Made by a program: the position numbers and the translations under genes
Shown: in pieces, positions 37,927-51,799 of the stretch
How the letters are laid out: the number at the start of each line of letters is the position of its first letter
Position numbering within the stretch: the first letter of the stretch is position 1
Source: Octopus sinensis
Taxonomy: Eukaryota
Length of the DNA stretch: 64,000 nt
NCBI RefSeq assembly: GCF_006345805.1
Contig: NC_043000.1
Location: 96,596,001 to 96,660,000 of the forward strand
Direction: 5' to 3'
Notes under the pieces: model-generated
Databases searched by the model: none
Seen by the model: only the letters and a program-made list of their open reading frames with translations
Told to the model about the DNA's origin: nothing

Positions 37927-39080
37927 TTGTTGTTGGCATCCTTTTTGTCTCGGGAGACAATGGAGTTGCGCATAAAATAATCTAGTCCGGCTTTTACATT
38001 TCATGTCCTAATACATCTCTTGCTGTGGCTATGTAGTCCTATCCGGGACAAACACTCCCTCTGGGAGGTGCCGTAAATGTAGCGAAGACTTTGCCTGACT
38101 GGTTGTAATGTCATAGTTTCTTGTTGATGTCTTTTCTTGTCTTTCCATTTCTCCTTTCTCACTATGTCACTCCTTTGTGTTCCCTCTTTTACGGTACGTC
38201 GTCAATCTCCACGGTTGCTGGCAACTGCTTCCCAGTTGGTAATATTGATGTTGCAGGCATTCATGTCCCTTTTGCAAACATCTTTGTATCGTAAGAACAG
38301 TCTTCCCACAGACCTAGTGCCCCTAGCAAGCTCTCCGTTGAGTATGTCCTTGGGGATTCTGCCATCTTCCATACGGCTAACATGTCCAAGCCATCTCATA
38401 CGTCTTTGTGTGAAGAGTGCAAACATGCTTGGTATTCCTGCTTGCTTGAGGACATCTTTGTTAGGGACATGATTCTGCCATTTGATGCGATGGATTTTCT
38501 GGAGACAGCGCAGGTGAAAGATATTTAGGCGACGTATGGCGTCGTATGGCGTGTGTATGGCGTCAAAGTCATACAGTAGAGTGCTAAGTACACATGCCTG
38601 GTAAATCTTCATTTTTGTGGTCTTGGTCAGCTTATTGTTGTCCCATGCGCGTTTGGTGAGTTGGGCCATCACAGCAGCTGCCTTGCCAATGCGTATATTG
38701 AGCTCAGCATCAAGGGATAGGTTGTAGGTGACGGTAGAGCCAAGATAGGTAAACTTCTCCACCTCCTATACTCTGTGGTCTCCAATATGTATGTTTGGGA
38801 TGTCCGATGTAGCCTGACCCATGATGTTGGTCTTCTTGAGGCTGATAACTAAGCCAAAGTTGCCAAATGCTTGCTCAAAACAGTTGTTGAGCCTTCGTAG
38901 GGCTTCTTCTGTGTGTGATACCAGAGCGGCATCATCAGCAAATAGCATCTCCTTGATCAAGATGCTTCTGAAATTTTGGTCTTGGCACGCAGACGCGAGA
39001 GATTGAACAGTTCCCCATCACTTCTACTGTGCAGAAACACTCCACCATCTGATGTCTCAAAGGCATGTGACAGCAGCAGC
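37927..39080 (-). mobile_element. RTE-clade (BovB-like) LINE 3' fragment, degenerate
   Basis: SDGELFNLSRLRAKTK..LIKEMLFADDAALVSH..FGLVISLKKT..EKFTYLGS..RIGKAA..RRMRWLGHVSRMEDGRIPKDILNGEL..SRIGLHSH; 3'UTR ending in (CAA)n; several stops and frameshifts. Confidence 0.85.
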
Positions 39081-39151
39081 CTGTATGGACGAAATTATCA
39101 GAAACTTTCAAAACTTTCGTGGGTTCCTTTTAGCCATTTTTCATTTTGAAA

Positions 39152-41088
39152 ATGGCAACTAGAAACCACGAGGCTAGCCCGCCAGTCATGCGGAACGGTA
39201 GCGAAACACTATTCTACCACTAGCTGCTAAACCTCGCAGCTTGAACACCGCTGTCACCACCACCACTTACCACCACCACCACCAACAAAACTAACGTCGC
39301 AAGACCATTCACCATCGCCGCGCCCAAAGACATTAACTTAAATTTTCCCCCACTCCCTACACCACTTGTCGATGAAAAAAAGACGGAGAAAGGGATTTCA
39401 AAAATGAATACAGACGCAAACATGAATGCCAGCACCACCACCATCACTACCAACAACAACAACGAAATCAGCACAAAGCCGTCTACCAAAGACAACACCG
39501 CCAACACCAACACCACTATCACGACTTCAACTGCTACAACTAACTCTTCTGCTGCTATCACCGCCAAAATTAAAACGAATTTCGCGGATGCGACAAAACA
39601 AAAACGAACAATCGTAAAATTCACCACACAGGAAATAAACCTCACAAAAGCACTCTTCACCAAAGAAGGAGAAAAATTGCATCTTCACATTCCACAACAT
39701 ATCGTGGAAAACACACACAAAAAGACAATAATCTACAAAGTCATCAACAAGAAAACAAGACGACCAGAAAATGCACCGAAGGAAAAAATTGAAAAATGCC
39801 TTCGTCCTGCATGGGACTCTAAGGAGTATATCAGTTGGGGAAATAAATTTGGCACAATCCAAATACGTTTCCTCAACGAAAATCTAGCAAAACGATTTTC
39901 CACATTGGAGCTGCATTCAGACGACTTGGTAATGATACCAATCTATTTAAACCAGAGGGTGACGAAAGTCCAAATAAAAAATGTACCACCTGAAGTCGAA
40001 ATACAATGGTTAGTCTCTGCCATCTGCTTTGAAATGGCTGAGACAATGGCAGAGACAATCATCCTTGAAATCGCTGTTCTAGGACTGAAAAACTGGGTGG
40101 GAAAATCAATCCAATTCCTTCTTCAATTGGATGAAACAACAAGAGAAAAGATACCCACCACTATGGAACTGCCAAAAGGCTACAAACTCTATATAGTGGT
40201 AGAGGGTAGGCGACCACGTTGCTATTTGTGTGGAAGCGAAACACACTTGAAAAAGAAGTGCCCAACCACTGCACACCAAGAGCAACAACAACAACCACTA
40301 CCACAACCAAAACACTCCGAGAAAAAAGCTCTACTACCCACACCACCGTCAACACAGAAGACAAGAGAAGTACACCAAGCTAATCCGTCAACAACCAAAA
40401 ATTATTCAACACCTGAGAAAATACCAACACTACCAACAACAGCAAGAACCAAAGGAACAGAAAAACAAAGAAAATATACAAAAACTGATTCCCCATCCCT
40501 TATACCGCACTCACCACACACAAACATTCAACAACCAACAGCAACGAAAACAACAGCACAACCACTTACACAGACATACATAGAAGCCTACAACATACCC
40601 CTACCCCCTACTGATTCCTCAGAAAATTCGTCGGAAGACGAAACCAGCGAGGAATGGCAAATAGCTAGAAAAGGAAGGAAAATAAGGAGCAGAAACACAA
40701 CCAAACCAAATGCAAACACAAACAAAGCAGGGGGAAATACATCTCCCGAAGACATTTCAAAACCCAACACAAACAACAGCCACACCAACACCACAAAAAT
40801 ATATACAGTAAACATGCTCACAGCTCTAGACACCAAAAACACAAATTTGATGGAATACATCAAATCAAAAACAAACATAACAGAAGATGACATAAAAACA
40901 ATCACCCATACACAACACCACCAGACCACATCAAAATATTACATATCTCCAGAAGTCTGCACCACACACTAAAAGGCATTTTCCCCAGTGCGGTTGGCAA
41001 ATGCCAAAAATACCTCACAAAGAAACTTTACTGGGATCTCCTCGAGGACAAACTAAAGGAGGAGAAAGCAAAAACTTTCGAGCAGTAA
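39152..41088 (+). pseudogene. Tx1 copy 2 ORF1, disrupted
   Basis: ATG at 39152 in frame with the 522-aa ORF (stops TAG 39221 and TGA 39242 intervene); knuckle EGRRPRCYLCGSETHLKKKC; apparent frameshift near 40965, after which LKGIFPS...KAKTFEQ* ends at CAG TAA (41083-41088). Confidence 0.7.
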
Positions 41089-41120
41089 GTAACCCTCTGT
41101 TCCTTTCACTTGTATTCTAA

Positions 41121-42957
41121 TTCATTAGGATTATAATCAAGATTGGTTGTGTAAATGCGCGTGGTTTGGGGTCCCCTTGGAAACAAGGGTACCTCTTAAA
41201 TGACATAAAGTCACACAAGTTAGAAATCATAGCCATAAGTGAGACCAGACTCCACAATCTGCGGGCCCTAAAGACCATGTTTGGAGTACAGTTCAACATT
41301 TATTTTCCCCCCTGTCTGCCAAGAATGGGCGGTAGTGGCACCGCGGTACTTTTTCGCAAGAGTCTGGATCTCAAAGTAAAGACAATATTCGTAGAACCGG
41401 AGGGTAGACTGGTCGTCCTGGATGACGACGGCAGCAATGGGTGCGCTTTTCGACTCGTATCAGTCTACGCATCGCCCTTAACGGGTCGGGCGGATTTCTT
41501 TCAACGTCTAGAAGTATTCTTGGGAACGTCTCGTCCTTTACTCTTAGTGGGGGATTGGAACGCTACCTTGGACACGCATGTAGACTACGTGGGCAGAGAT
41601 AGGAATAGACGGGGATGCAAATGCCTCAGAGACCTGCTCAGACACTTTCAACTGTCTGACAGGTTCCGACTAGACCACCCGAATGCGCCAACGTGGACAT
41701 TGAGCAACCGCATCGGGTCGTCGAGATCGTATCTAGATAGGATACTGTGTTGGACAGTAGATAGAGATAGCATTGGATGTCCACAATTCAACATAGTCAG
41801 CTACACGGATCACAAACTCGTGACATGTACGCTAGACTTAGGTAAAACACTTAGGCAGGGTCCCGGATATTGGAAACTAAACGCGTCTTTCCCATTGAGA
41901 CAAGTTTTCAGAGACCGGATTAGCACACTAGTAAAGGGGGCTTTGACGGGAGCCATCATCAACAACAAATGGTGGTTTGCCCTCAAGAGAGCAGTAAAAG
42001 CAGAAGCGATTAGGTACAGCAAAGCACTAGCCATAGATAGAAATAGAGTAGAGGGTGAGCTAGTTAAAAATCTAGAAGAGGCAATTAGAAGCGGCATCGC
42101 ATCCGACATTTTGGCGGCGAGGTTGGCCCTCGACCAACACTTCAAGGCCAAACACGAAGAGTGTGCTGTCAGAGCTAGGATGCGTGCTCTAAGGAACGAA
42201 GGTGTTGGAGCCGCGAGAGAGGCCCGGGTGGCAGAGGCGCAACAGGGCAACAAAGCCACCATTCGGTCTCTGGTAGATGAACAGGGACGCGAATTGCTCG
42301 AGCCAAGTAAAATGTGTGAGGCATTTCAACAGCATTTTGCCCGACTGTTCGGGACGAGTGGCGGGCAAGCACGTAGGGTGGACTTCAGTGCCTACCTACA
42401 CAGCCTACCACGATTCTCAACAAGAGAGGCAGGGCGCTGCGAAGGTGCCATCACGGCGGCGGAAGTGCGGGACGCGATGGCAGAATGCTCGAGGGACAAA
42501 TCGCCGGGTTTGGATGGTCTACCCTACGAGCTTTACAGCTGTATGCTTGACTTGTTTGGAGACGTCTTGGCAGCGGTGTACTGCAACTGGCAGCAAAACG
42601 AGAGCATTCCTGATTTTGTGAGCCGAGGAGCCGTAACACTGCTGAAGAAAGATCTAAACAAGGGAAATGTAATATAACTTTAGGCCCATCACTCTGCTTA
42701 ATGCAGACTTGAAAATTTTGGCCAAGGTGTTAGCCAAGAGGTTGGCGCTTGTCATCGAGAAACTGTTCGACAAGGCGCAAATGTGCGCCGTCCGGGCCGG
42801 ACCATCCATGACAACCTCCACCTGATGCGCTACATCATAGACAGGGTAGTTAACGAACCTGGCATGGGTGGGGCGCTGATCAATTTGGATCAATCGAAAG
42901 CTTTCGATAGGGTAGACCATCGATACTTGGCTGTCATCAGAGCGGCTGGCTTCGGTC
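41121..42957 (+). pseudogene. Tx1 copy 2 ORF2 (APE + partial RT)
   Basis: GCVNARG, AISETR, VGDWN, SYLDRI, TDHKLV, KSPGLDG, LDQSKAFDRV; frameshifts near 42672 and 42790; no YADD region. Confidence 0.85.
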
Positions 42958-45470
42958 AAAAAATTTTTCTAAAATTTTGGGGAAAATTTTCAAAAAATCT
43001 TCAAAAAATTTTTCAAAAATTTTCCCCCAAATTTTAGATAAATTTTTTGAAAATTTTCCCCAAAAATTTTTGAAAAATTTTTTGAAAATTTTCCCCAAAA
43101 ATTTTTCGAAAAATTTTCCCCAAAATTTTTTGAAGATTTTTTTGAAAATTTTCCCCCAAATTTTAGAAAAATTTTTTGAAAATTTTCCCCAAAAAGTTTT
43201 CGAAAAATTTTTTGAAAATTTTCCCCAAAATGTTAGAAAAATGTTTTGAAAGCTTTCCCCAAAATTTTAGAAAAATTTTTCGAAAATTTTCCGTAAAAAT
43301 TTTCTTTAAAATTTTCCGAGAATTTTCCCCAAAATTTTCGAAAACTTTTTGAAAATTTTCCTTAAAAATTTCTCAAAAAGTTTTTGACGATTTTTTGGAA
43401 ATTTTCCCCAAAAATTTTAGAAAAATTTTTTGAAAATTTTCCACCAAAATTTTAGAAAATTTTTTGAAAATTTTCCACAAAATTTTAGAAAAAGTTTTTG
43501 AAAATTTTCCACAAAATTTTGGAAAAATATTATGAAAATTTTCCCTAAAACTTTTTTGAAAATTTTCCTCAAAAAGATCTTTTGAAAATTTTAGAAAATT
43601 TTTTGAAAATTTTCCACAAAATTTTAGAAAAATGTTTTGAAAATGTTCCCCAAAATTTTTGAAAAAGTTTTTGAAAATTTTCCACAAAATTTTAGAAAAA
43701 TTTTTTGAAAATGTTCCACAAATATTTTGGAAAAATATTATGAAAATTTTCAAAAAATTTTCTAAAATTTTGGTGGAAAATTTTCAAAAACTTTTTCAAA
43801 ATTTTCCTTAAAAATTTCTCAAAAAGTTTTTGACGATTTTTTGGAAATTTTCCCCAAAAATTTTAGAAAAATTCTTTGAAAATTTTCCACCAAAATTTTA
43901 GAAAATTTTTTGAAAATTTTCCACAAAATTTTAGAAAAAGTGTTTGAAAATTTTCCACAAAATTTTGGAAAAATATTATGAAAATTTTCCCTAAAACTTT
44001 TTTGAAAATTTTCCTCAAAAAGATCTTTTGAAAATTTTAGAAAATTTTTTGAAAATTTTCCACAAAATTTTAGAAAAATGTTTTGAAAATGTTCCCCAAA
44101 ATTTTTGAAAAAGTTTTTGAAAATTTTCCACAAAATTTTAGAAAAATTTTTTGAAAATGTTCCACAAATATTTTGGAAAAATATTATGAAAATTTTCCCT
44201 AAAACTTTTTGAAAAATTTTTTGAAAATTTTCCCCAAAAATTTTAGAAAAATTGTTTGAAGATTTTCCTCAAAAACTTTTGAAAATTTTCCCCAAAAATT
44301 TTTGAATAATTTTTCGAAAATTTCCCCAAAAGTTTTGAAAAATTTTTTGAAAATTTTCCCCAAAAATTTTAGAAAGATCTTTTGAAAATTTTCCACAAAA
44401 ATTTTAGAAAAATTTTTTCAAAATTTTCCCCAAATATTTTAGAAAAAGTTTTGAAAATTTTCCCCAAAAGTTTTTGAAAACTCCAGGTATGTCCGGATTT
44501 CTCCGGATATCTCCTGCAAATTTCGGTAATCTCCGACAATTTCCGGCAATCTCTGTCAATTTCCGGCAAACTCCGGTAATTTCTGGCAATCTCCGGTAAT
44601 CTTCGGCAATTTTCGGAAACGTTTTTTGAAAATTTTCCCCCAAAATTTTAGAAAAATTTTTTGAAAATTTTCCACCAAAATTTTAGAAAATTTTTTGAAA
44701 ATTTTCCACAAAATTTTAGAAAAAGTTTTTGAAAATTTTCCACAAAATTTTGGAAAAATATTATGAAAATTTTCCCTAAAACTTTTTTGAAAATTTTCCT
44801 CAAAAAGATCTTTTGAAAATTTTAGAAAATTTTTTGAAAATTTTCCACAAAATTTTAGAAAAATGTTTTGAAAATGTTCCCCAAAATTTTTGAAAAAGTT
44901 TTTGAAAATTTTCCACAAAATTTTAGAAAAATTTTTTGAAAATGTTCCACAAATATTTTGGAAAAATATTATGAAAATTTTCCCTAAAACTTTTTGAAAA
45001 ATTTTTTGAAAATTTTCCCCAAAAATTTTAGAAAAATTGTTTGAAGATTTTCCTCAAAAACTTTTGAAAATTTTCCCCAAAAATTTTTGAATAATTTTTC
45101 GAAAATTTCCCCAAAATTTTTGAAAAATTTTTTGAAAATTTTCCCCAAAAATTTTAGAAAGATCTTTTGAAAATTTTCCACAAAAATTTTAGAAAAATTT
45201 TTCAAAATTTTCCCCAAATATTTTAGAAAAAGTTTTGAAAATTTTCCCCAAAAGTTTTTGAAAACTCCAGGTATGTCCGGATTTCTCCGGATATCTCCTG
45301 CAAATTTCGGTAATCTCCGACAATTTCCGGCAATCTCTGTCAATTTCCGGCAAACTCCGGTAATTTCTGGCAATCTCCGGTAATCTTCGGCAATTTTCGG
45401 AAACGTTTTTTGAAAATTTTCCTCAAAATTTTGGAAAGTCTTTTGAAAATTTCCATCAAAATTTTTGTCA
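42958..45470. repeat. A/T-tract satellite with higher-order repeats
   Basis: Units such as AAAATTTTCCCCAAAATTTTAGAAAAATTTTTTG; block duplications at 446 bp and ~785 bp; two ~140-bp inserts of a 10-mer (GGCAATCTCC-like) at 44481-44622 and 45265-45406. Confidence 0.9.
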
Positions 45471-45521
45471 CTTTGGTGTTTCCTGGTATCTCTATTATTA
45501 TTATTATTATTATTATTATTT

Positions 45522-45554
<33 letters not shown>

Positions 45555-45849
45555 ATAATAGTAGTAGTAGTAGTAGTGGTAGTAGTAGTAGTATGCCGCA
45601 ATACTCTGAAGTCATGGAAATTTGGTAATCTGTAAGTTGAAAAAGTGTTTCTAAACGTTTCGGCCTTCTAAGACCCCGTCTTTTCATTTCTATTGTTACC
45701 ATTGCATTTCTGATATTGTCTGGACTGTGCAAATAGTACTTTTGTGTAGAAACACCCCCTGCAGGGGGTGCGCTTCATTAATTTTTGAATTTTAACTGCT
45801 TTCGACAAAAACAAATACAGTGGAGAGAAATAAATATTCGTACAAGTCA

Positions 45850-47670
45850 AAATTCTTTATTTAATTTCTAATGAACATAAATGGGATATACCAATACTAT
45901 ATTTGCACACAGATGCATAAACTAAGAATATGCAAAAGAAACTAATAAATTATAGTAACTAAGGAATTTATATACAATCATAAATATTTAATGAACATTT
46001 TGGATACCAATAGGTTTCCAGTATCATGACACAGACAAATTTTTTTAAACTATCACAATACCTACATGTAAGAAACACTAGCAGTACACTTGTACATAGA
46101 GAACTAAACTTGATCCCTTATTTAAAAGTAAGGCCCTTTATCGACTACTTTCAGAACGCTTATAAAAAGACTTTTTATAATCCAGCAAGATACTTGTCCA
46201 TTGATGAGAGTATGGTGGTATACAAAGGTAGAGTACGTTCCTGACAGTATATGCTAGGAAATCCTACAAAATGGGGAATCGAAGTTTGAACGATTTGTGG
46301 ATTCAATTTTAATACAGGGAAAAGAAACAATAATGTAAGCCAGGATGGCCTAGGTGCGATGTAGAACGGAATTTATCACTCCTATAGCATAACCCGTGAC
46401 GAATATTTTTTCACTGGATTTTCAGATCGGAAAAACTTGCGATAGTTTTAGAAACTGTGGCAACATATACAAGTGCTATAGTAGCAGGAAAGGGATGCTG
46501 TTGGATACTAAAAGAAAAGCAACAAAAAGAGGTGAAATAATTCAACGGCAGAAAGGAAACTTGCTAGCGAACGCAAACAGACATAAGAGGCAAATTAATT
46601 TTTGTTCAATTTGTGCGCAACCACATGTGGATGAAAATGGCACCTCATTTGTGCTCCTTGATTATGACAAGTACATGGGTAGTGTAGATTGGCTGAATCA
46701 GATGATGAGCTATAACCTGGTCTATCAGCTGAATAATAGATGTTGGCAGTACCTGGTTTGGTTTATAGTAAATGAGCATCAAATTAAGAGGGGCTTGAAA
46801 GCAATGCGAGCATCTGTAGTTCCAGGCAGATGTAGCATCGCAGTTAAGAGCTGGTTTTTCTTCCAAAAGATAGTTGTTCGGAGAAAACCTAGAGCCTACT
46901 AGAGGGATATCCCTCTGAATTCAGCCGACCTCCATAAATTAGAGTCGCAAAAGGCAATGCCGTGAATGTCTTCATTAAAGAAAGAAAAGTTCCAATGTGC
47001 ATCCTGCAAGCTTGCATTACGTAGAGTGGGATGCTTTACAAGTTACCATCATGGAAATATTGTGTGATTTATATACATACTATCTGATTTTATTAAAATT
47101 TTCTTAAAATTTACCTCTTAATTCTTATTTACTTGTAATGTGAATGACAAATTTTGATCATTTTGTATTATGAATAATTTCTGCGCTTTTATGTATGTGT
47201 ATAGGTTTATTTTATTAAGTTACTGGTAAGCGTATTTCATTTTCTAGTTATCTTCAAACATAAATTCCAGTATTTCATTCTATTTTTACTTTTATTACTA
47301 CACCCGTCTTATATGGATTTAAGTTCAAATGATAATTCAGTAATTTGCACAATTCATCGATTTTAAAATTTTGCTGTATACTCATTTGAATATTAGCTAG
47401 TAACTCATTTTCTTTGATGTTTAAATAAAATTAAAATAATTTTATATTTAGCTGAATTTTCCAGTAATTATGAGTCGTTTTGCGACAAAAATTATGCAAT
47501 AAATTTAAGAACCTCTTGTTAATTTGTGATCCAGAAATTACAATGAAATGTTGATGAATATAAAAAAGTAAAAATTGTATGAAACCAGTCGAAATTCACG
47601 ATTATATTAGAATTTAATTGAAACACATAAAATGTGTATTTTGATTAGAAACATAGTAGCGAAAGAGCTA
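45850..47670 (+). mobile_element. Degenerate piggyBac (PGBD4-like) transposase relic
   Basis: MTQTNFFKLSQYLHV, KVRPFID, YLSIDESMVVYKGR, NPTKWGI, GSVDWLNQMMSY and Cys-rich tail CASCK..GCF..YH; many lesions; possible right TIR remnant near 47655-47670. Confidence 0.7.
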
Positions 47671-50600
47671 ACATATCACTGCATGGTTGGGAAGAACCAT
47701 TCTGATATAGGCCCACCAAAACGATGATAAACAATAGACAAATATAACTTCATCTGGTTGCATGAGAGTCGCTACATGTTTTTTGGAGCTGTTGTAGTTG
47801 TTTTTCTCATATAATCAAGAGATATACAAATGGATGGAGAGAGTTATCTTAAAGGTTTGCATGATGGATGATGATCGTTGAGTGCAAGATATAAAGGAGA
47901 TAAAATGTCAAATAAAATTAAGAGTTTAAGGTGAATTTTCCATTGTAATTTGGCTGGTGAGATAAACATTTTAATTCTTTATAATTCGATTTGATTTTTT
48001 TGTTCCAGAACGACTGAAACACTTGAGAAAATTTCTAAAATAGCAGGAATATGTGAATGTCTATGTATACACAATCACACAAACCAGAATGCCAAATCTT
48101 TTACAATACAGTGCCGACAAGCTGAACTGTGCGAAATTAAATAATTGACAAGTGAAACAAGTGAAATCCTAAATGTATAATCGATAACATTAAATTTATT
48201 AAAAATTAAAATTTATCAGGAAGCAATAATTAGATATCAGAACTGGTACCTAATATTCTTTAATTAATTTCTAATTATTTCATATAAACTGAAATAAACT
48301 AATGCACCATTAATGAAAAGCAATACCTTTCTAGTTTGTTGTTCTGAAATTTTGATTATTTTCATAAGTGACCATGTTCATAGAGATGTTAAAGTAGAGG
48401 CCATAAAATTTATAGATATTAGTCATTTACACATCACATGTAATTATACAGGACGTCTCATGATAATGGGACACATTTTAAATGAAAGTAACTGGGACAA
48501 GAACAATCAAAGGCAAGGGCACAATGATCTTATGTATTACAAAGTGTGTGCAGGGGTGGTGTGTGATAAGAAGTTTGCTTCGAAACCACATAGTTCTAGG
48601 TTCAGTCCCATTGCATGGCACCTTGGGCAAGTGTCTTCTACTACAGCTTCGGTCCGACTAAAGTCTTGTGAGTGGATTTGGTGAACGGAAACCCTGTGCG
48701 TGTGTGCATGCACATGTATTTGTCCCCCATCACTGCTTAACAACCGGTGTTTGTATGTTTATGTCCCTGTAACTTAGCGGTTCAGCAAAATAAAATTCAC
48801 AATAAATACCAAGCTTTAAAAAGAAATAAATACTGGAGTCGATTCATTTGACATAAATTCTTTGAGGTGCTGCCCCCGATTATCATTACCAGAATCCTGT
48901 ATTAACGCTCGTTTCATTTAAGTCTAAATTTTTTTAAATCGTAGCTCCGAGTTTTACATTTCAAAGCACCTTTCAAGTGTTAGACCTCACGGAAGCAATG
49001 TGGCCGATGCTGATGTCGCGTGACTGGCATCCGTGCCCGTGACATATAAAAAGCACCTTTCGAGCATTGAGACTCATGGAGGTAATAACAAATGACTGGA
49101 ACCTGTTGCAATATGCTGTGCTTGAGAAGAAAACCCATCGAGCCAAGTGAAATCATAGTCATGGCAGATACTGGTGTCACACAACTGGTACCCGGACCAG
49201 TGGCATGTAAAAGCACCCATTACACCACTGGGGTGGTTGGTGTTAGGAAGTGTATCCAGCTGTAGAAAACATACCAAATGAGACTGGAGTCTGGTGCAGC
49301 CCCTCAGTATGTCAGCCCTTGTCAAACCATCCAACCCATGCCAGTATGGACAACAGATGTTAAAAGATGATGATGATGACGATGACAGCAATATTTGATT
49401 GGTTGCTGAATAAAAATTCATTAGAGAATTTTAGCATTATCATCATTTCTTCATTATTTTCCACAGAATTGTAAAATTTATTTTACATATTCCATACCAT
49501 GAGTAAAAAAACATGAGTGATAAAAAAAATCCATGTTTTTGACATATTCTACAGAGTATATGAAACAAGCCATATGGTTTGGGATATGGTAATGAACAGA
49601 TGGAAATGTAATGGGTTTTTTTGAGCAACCAATTAAGTTTTGAGGTGATCTGTGGAAATATGTATGGTCATTGTGCTGTTCATGTTTAAAAGACTAGGGA
49701 AAATACTACCTTGTCTGGAAATATGAGAGTCTGTGACAGGAAAGGCATTCAGCTCTGGAAAATCTGCTAAACGAATTCTGTGCATTCATGGAAAAGTGGA
49801 TGTCTAAACCATTTGTGGTGATGATGATGATGATACGTATGTGTGGTTAAGATGATCTCTTTGCAACCAAATAATTTCATGATCAGTGTCGCTGAACAAT
49901 ACATTGGGCAAATGTCTTCTAATAGAGCACTATGCCAATCAATGGCTTATGAATGAATTTCATAGACAGAAACTGTGAGGAAGCCCATCAGATATATGTA
50001 TATGTGTGTCTTGTGTTCATGTATTGACAACTGGCGTTGGTTTGTTTGTCCTCATAACTGCTTCAGCAAAAAAAAAAAAAATCCAGACTTGAAATATGTA
50101 TAGACATGGATTTGATCAACTAAACCCTTGAAGGAAGTGCCCCAGCATGGCCACAATCCTATGACTGAAGCCAGTAATATATATGTACACTTAAAGCACA
50201 CACAAACATATATATATATATATATATATCTACACATACATATACAGGATGGCCAAAAGTCACGCACCAAAACATTTGACTTCTTATTTATATTAAGTCA
50301 TTATTATTATTCATTTTCTTCATCATGTACATGTGTATTTATCATTATTTAATTTATTCAATTTTAGAAAAATTGCAGCATGTCTTTGACGATTCCTGAA
50401 CATACTGAATTTATTTTGTACTTGACTTTTGACCCACCCTGTGTATATCACAGAAAATTAAGTTTTAACATCTAACATAAAACATTAAAACAAATCATCA
50501 TTTCCTCATAATGATAATTAAATATCAATATTACTTTTTGCTGTTAACTATAATAAATGAAGACAAAAAATGCATTTGGTAAACTTTTTTCTTTAAATTT

Positions 50601-51799
50601 ATTACATATTATTATATAATCTTACATTGGCACAAGACCACAGTTTTGTTAAGGAGGGTGTATCATTGACTGAAATGGTGCCAGTTTAAGACTGGTACCT
50701 ATTTTATAGACCCTGGAGGAATGAAAAACAAAGTTAGTTTTGGCAGGATTAGAACTCAGAGTGTAAGAGAAACAAAACTAAAAACTGCATGGCATTTAGT
50801 CCAAGACTACCATTTCTGTCACTCCATCATTTGCAACATTATCTGGCTATATTTAAAATTAGTCAATATGTAAGTAAAAATATTACATTTTGTCAATGAA
50901 TTATCAGCATGCAGCCTAATATTAGAGTCTTGAATAAATGAAAAGCAGCTTTTTATGAAAAGGGTGTTTTGAAACCCCTACATCAGTCCCTTGCCTTCCT
51001 GCTACTGCCCCTTGTCTTCTTCCCCCAAGTTCTTGACACTCCAACATTCATGGTTAGTACAGCTGGTCATTGTCATATTAATTATCAGGCTAGGAAATTT
51101 CTTATTGTCAATTTAACTACCACAGTCAATCTATCATTACACTTTTCAAAACATTATGAGTAGTCATGCTTCTTATGCTGCCCATAAGAGCCATGACTGC
51201 CAACATTTATTCTATTATCATTATGTCGAATTAACCACAAGGGTCATTCTAGCTTTCCTCATCTTTATAATAATCATCAGTCTGCAGTCTGTGTTTTCTT
51301 TTTCTCGTTCTGACTCATATGTTGAGATTAGTTCATTATTGTCATTCTGATGACTATGGTCAATCATAATTTTATATGACATAACATTGCTATTATATTG
51401 TTACTTCAGGTCAGCCTATATCATCATCTTTCTTCTAATATCACCTATATTGCTTTTATTGCTCTCTTATAGTCAGTTCATCTTCTTGCTGTCACTATTC
51501 AGTCTCTTTGAATTTGGCCACATTAGAATGTGACCAAATCTCACTCTCTTTTGGACAATCATAGTGTGTGATTTGTCATCTAGATCCTTCTGTTTTGATC
51601 TGTCAAAATTTGCAGCAATATTCAGGCCTTTTTAATTTCATAGATTCAAATATTGCAACATTATTCAGATTCTTTGATTCCATAAAGTCAAATACTTTCA
51701 ATTCTATTCAGAACACTTTCACTTCTACTGAATCAAAGTTTGAAACTGTATTCAGTTTTTTTTTTTCTGACCAGCCCAACCAACCACTGTAGCTGTTGG

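Larger units (their letters stand above)
39081..42957 (+). mobile_element. Tx1/L1-clade LINE (copy 2, diverged subfamily), 3'-truncated
   Basis: ORF1 homologous to copy 1 plus APE and the first half of RT; sequence stops at AAGFG where a satellite begins. Confidence 0.88.

Noticed and set aside
39220-39862. Antisense ORFs over Tx1 ORF1 (and similar ones over ORF2)
   Set aside because: Shadow frames of the sense coding sequence; no independent evidence.
43373-45601. K/F/I-rich ORFs on the minus strand
   Set aside because: Arise from the A/T-tract satellite; present in several frames with no protein-like features.
45650-45800. GGCCGAAACGTT motif on the minus strand suggesting another hammerhead
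   Set aside because: No recognisable CUGANGA core at the right spacing; too degenerate to call.
51345-51385. CTGATGA followed by a short hairpin in the TMTC2 3' region
   Set aside because: No GAAA or stem III/I; chance match.
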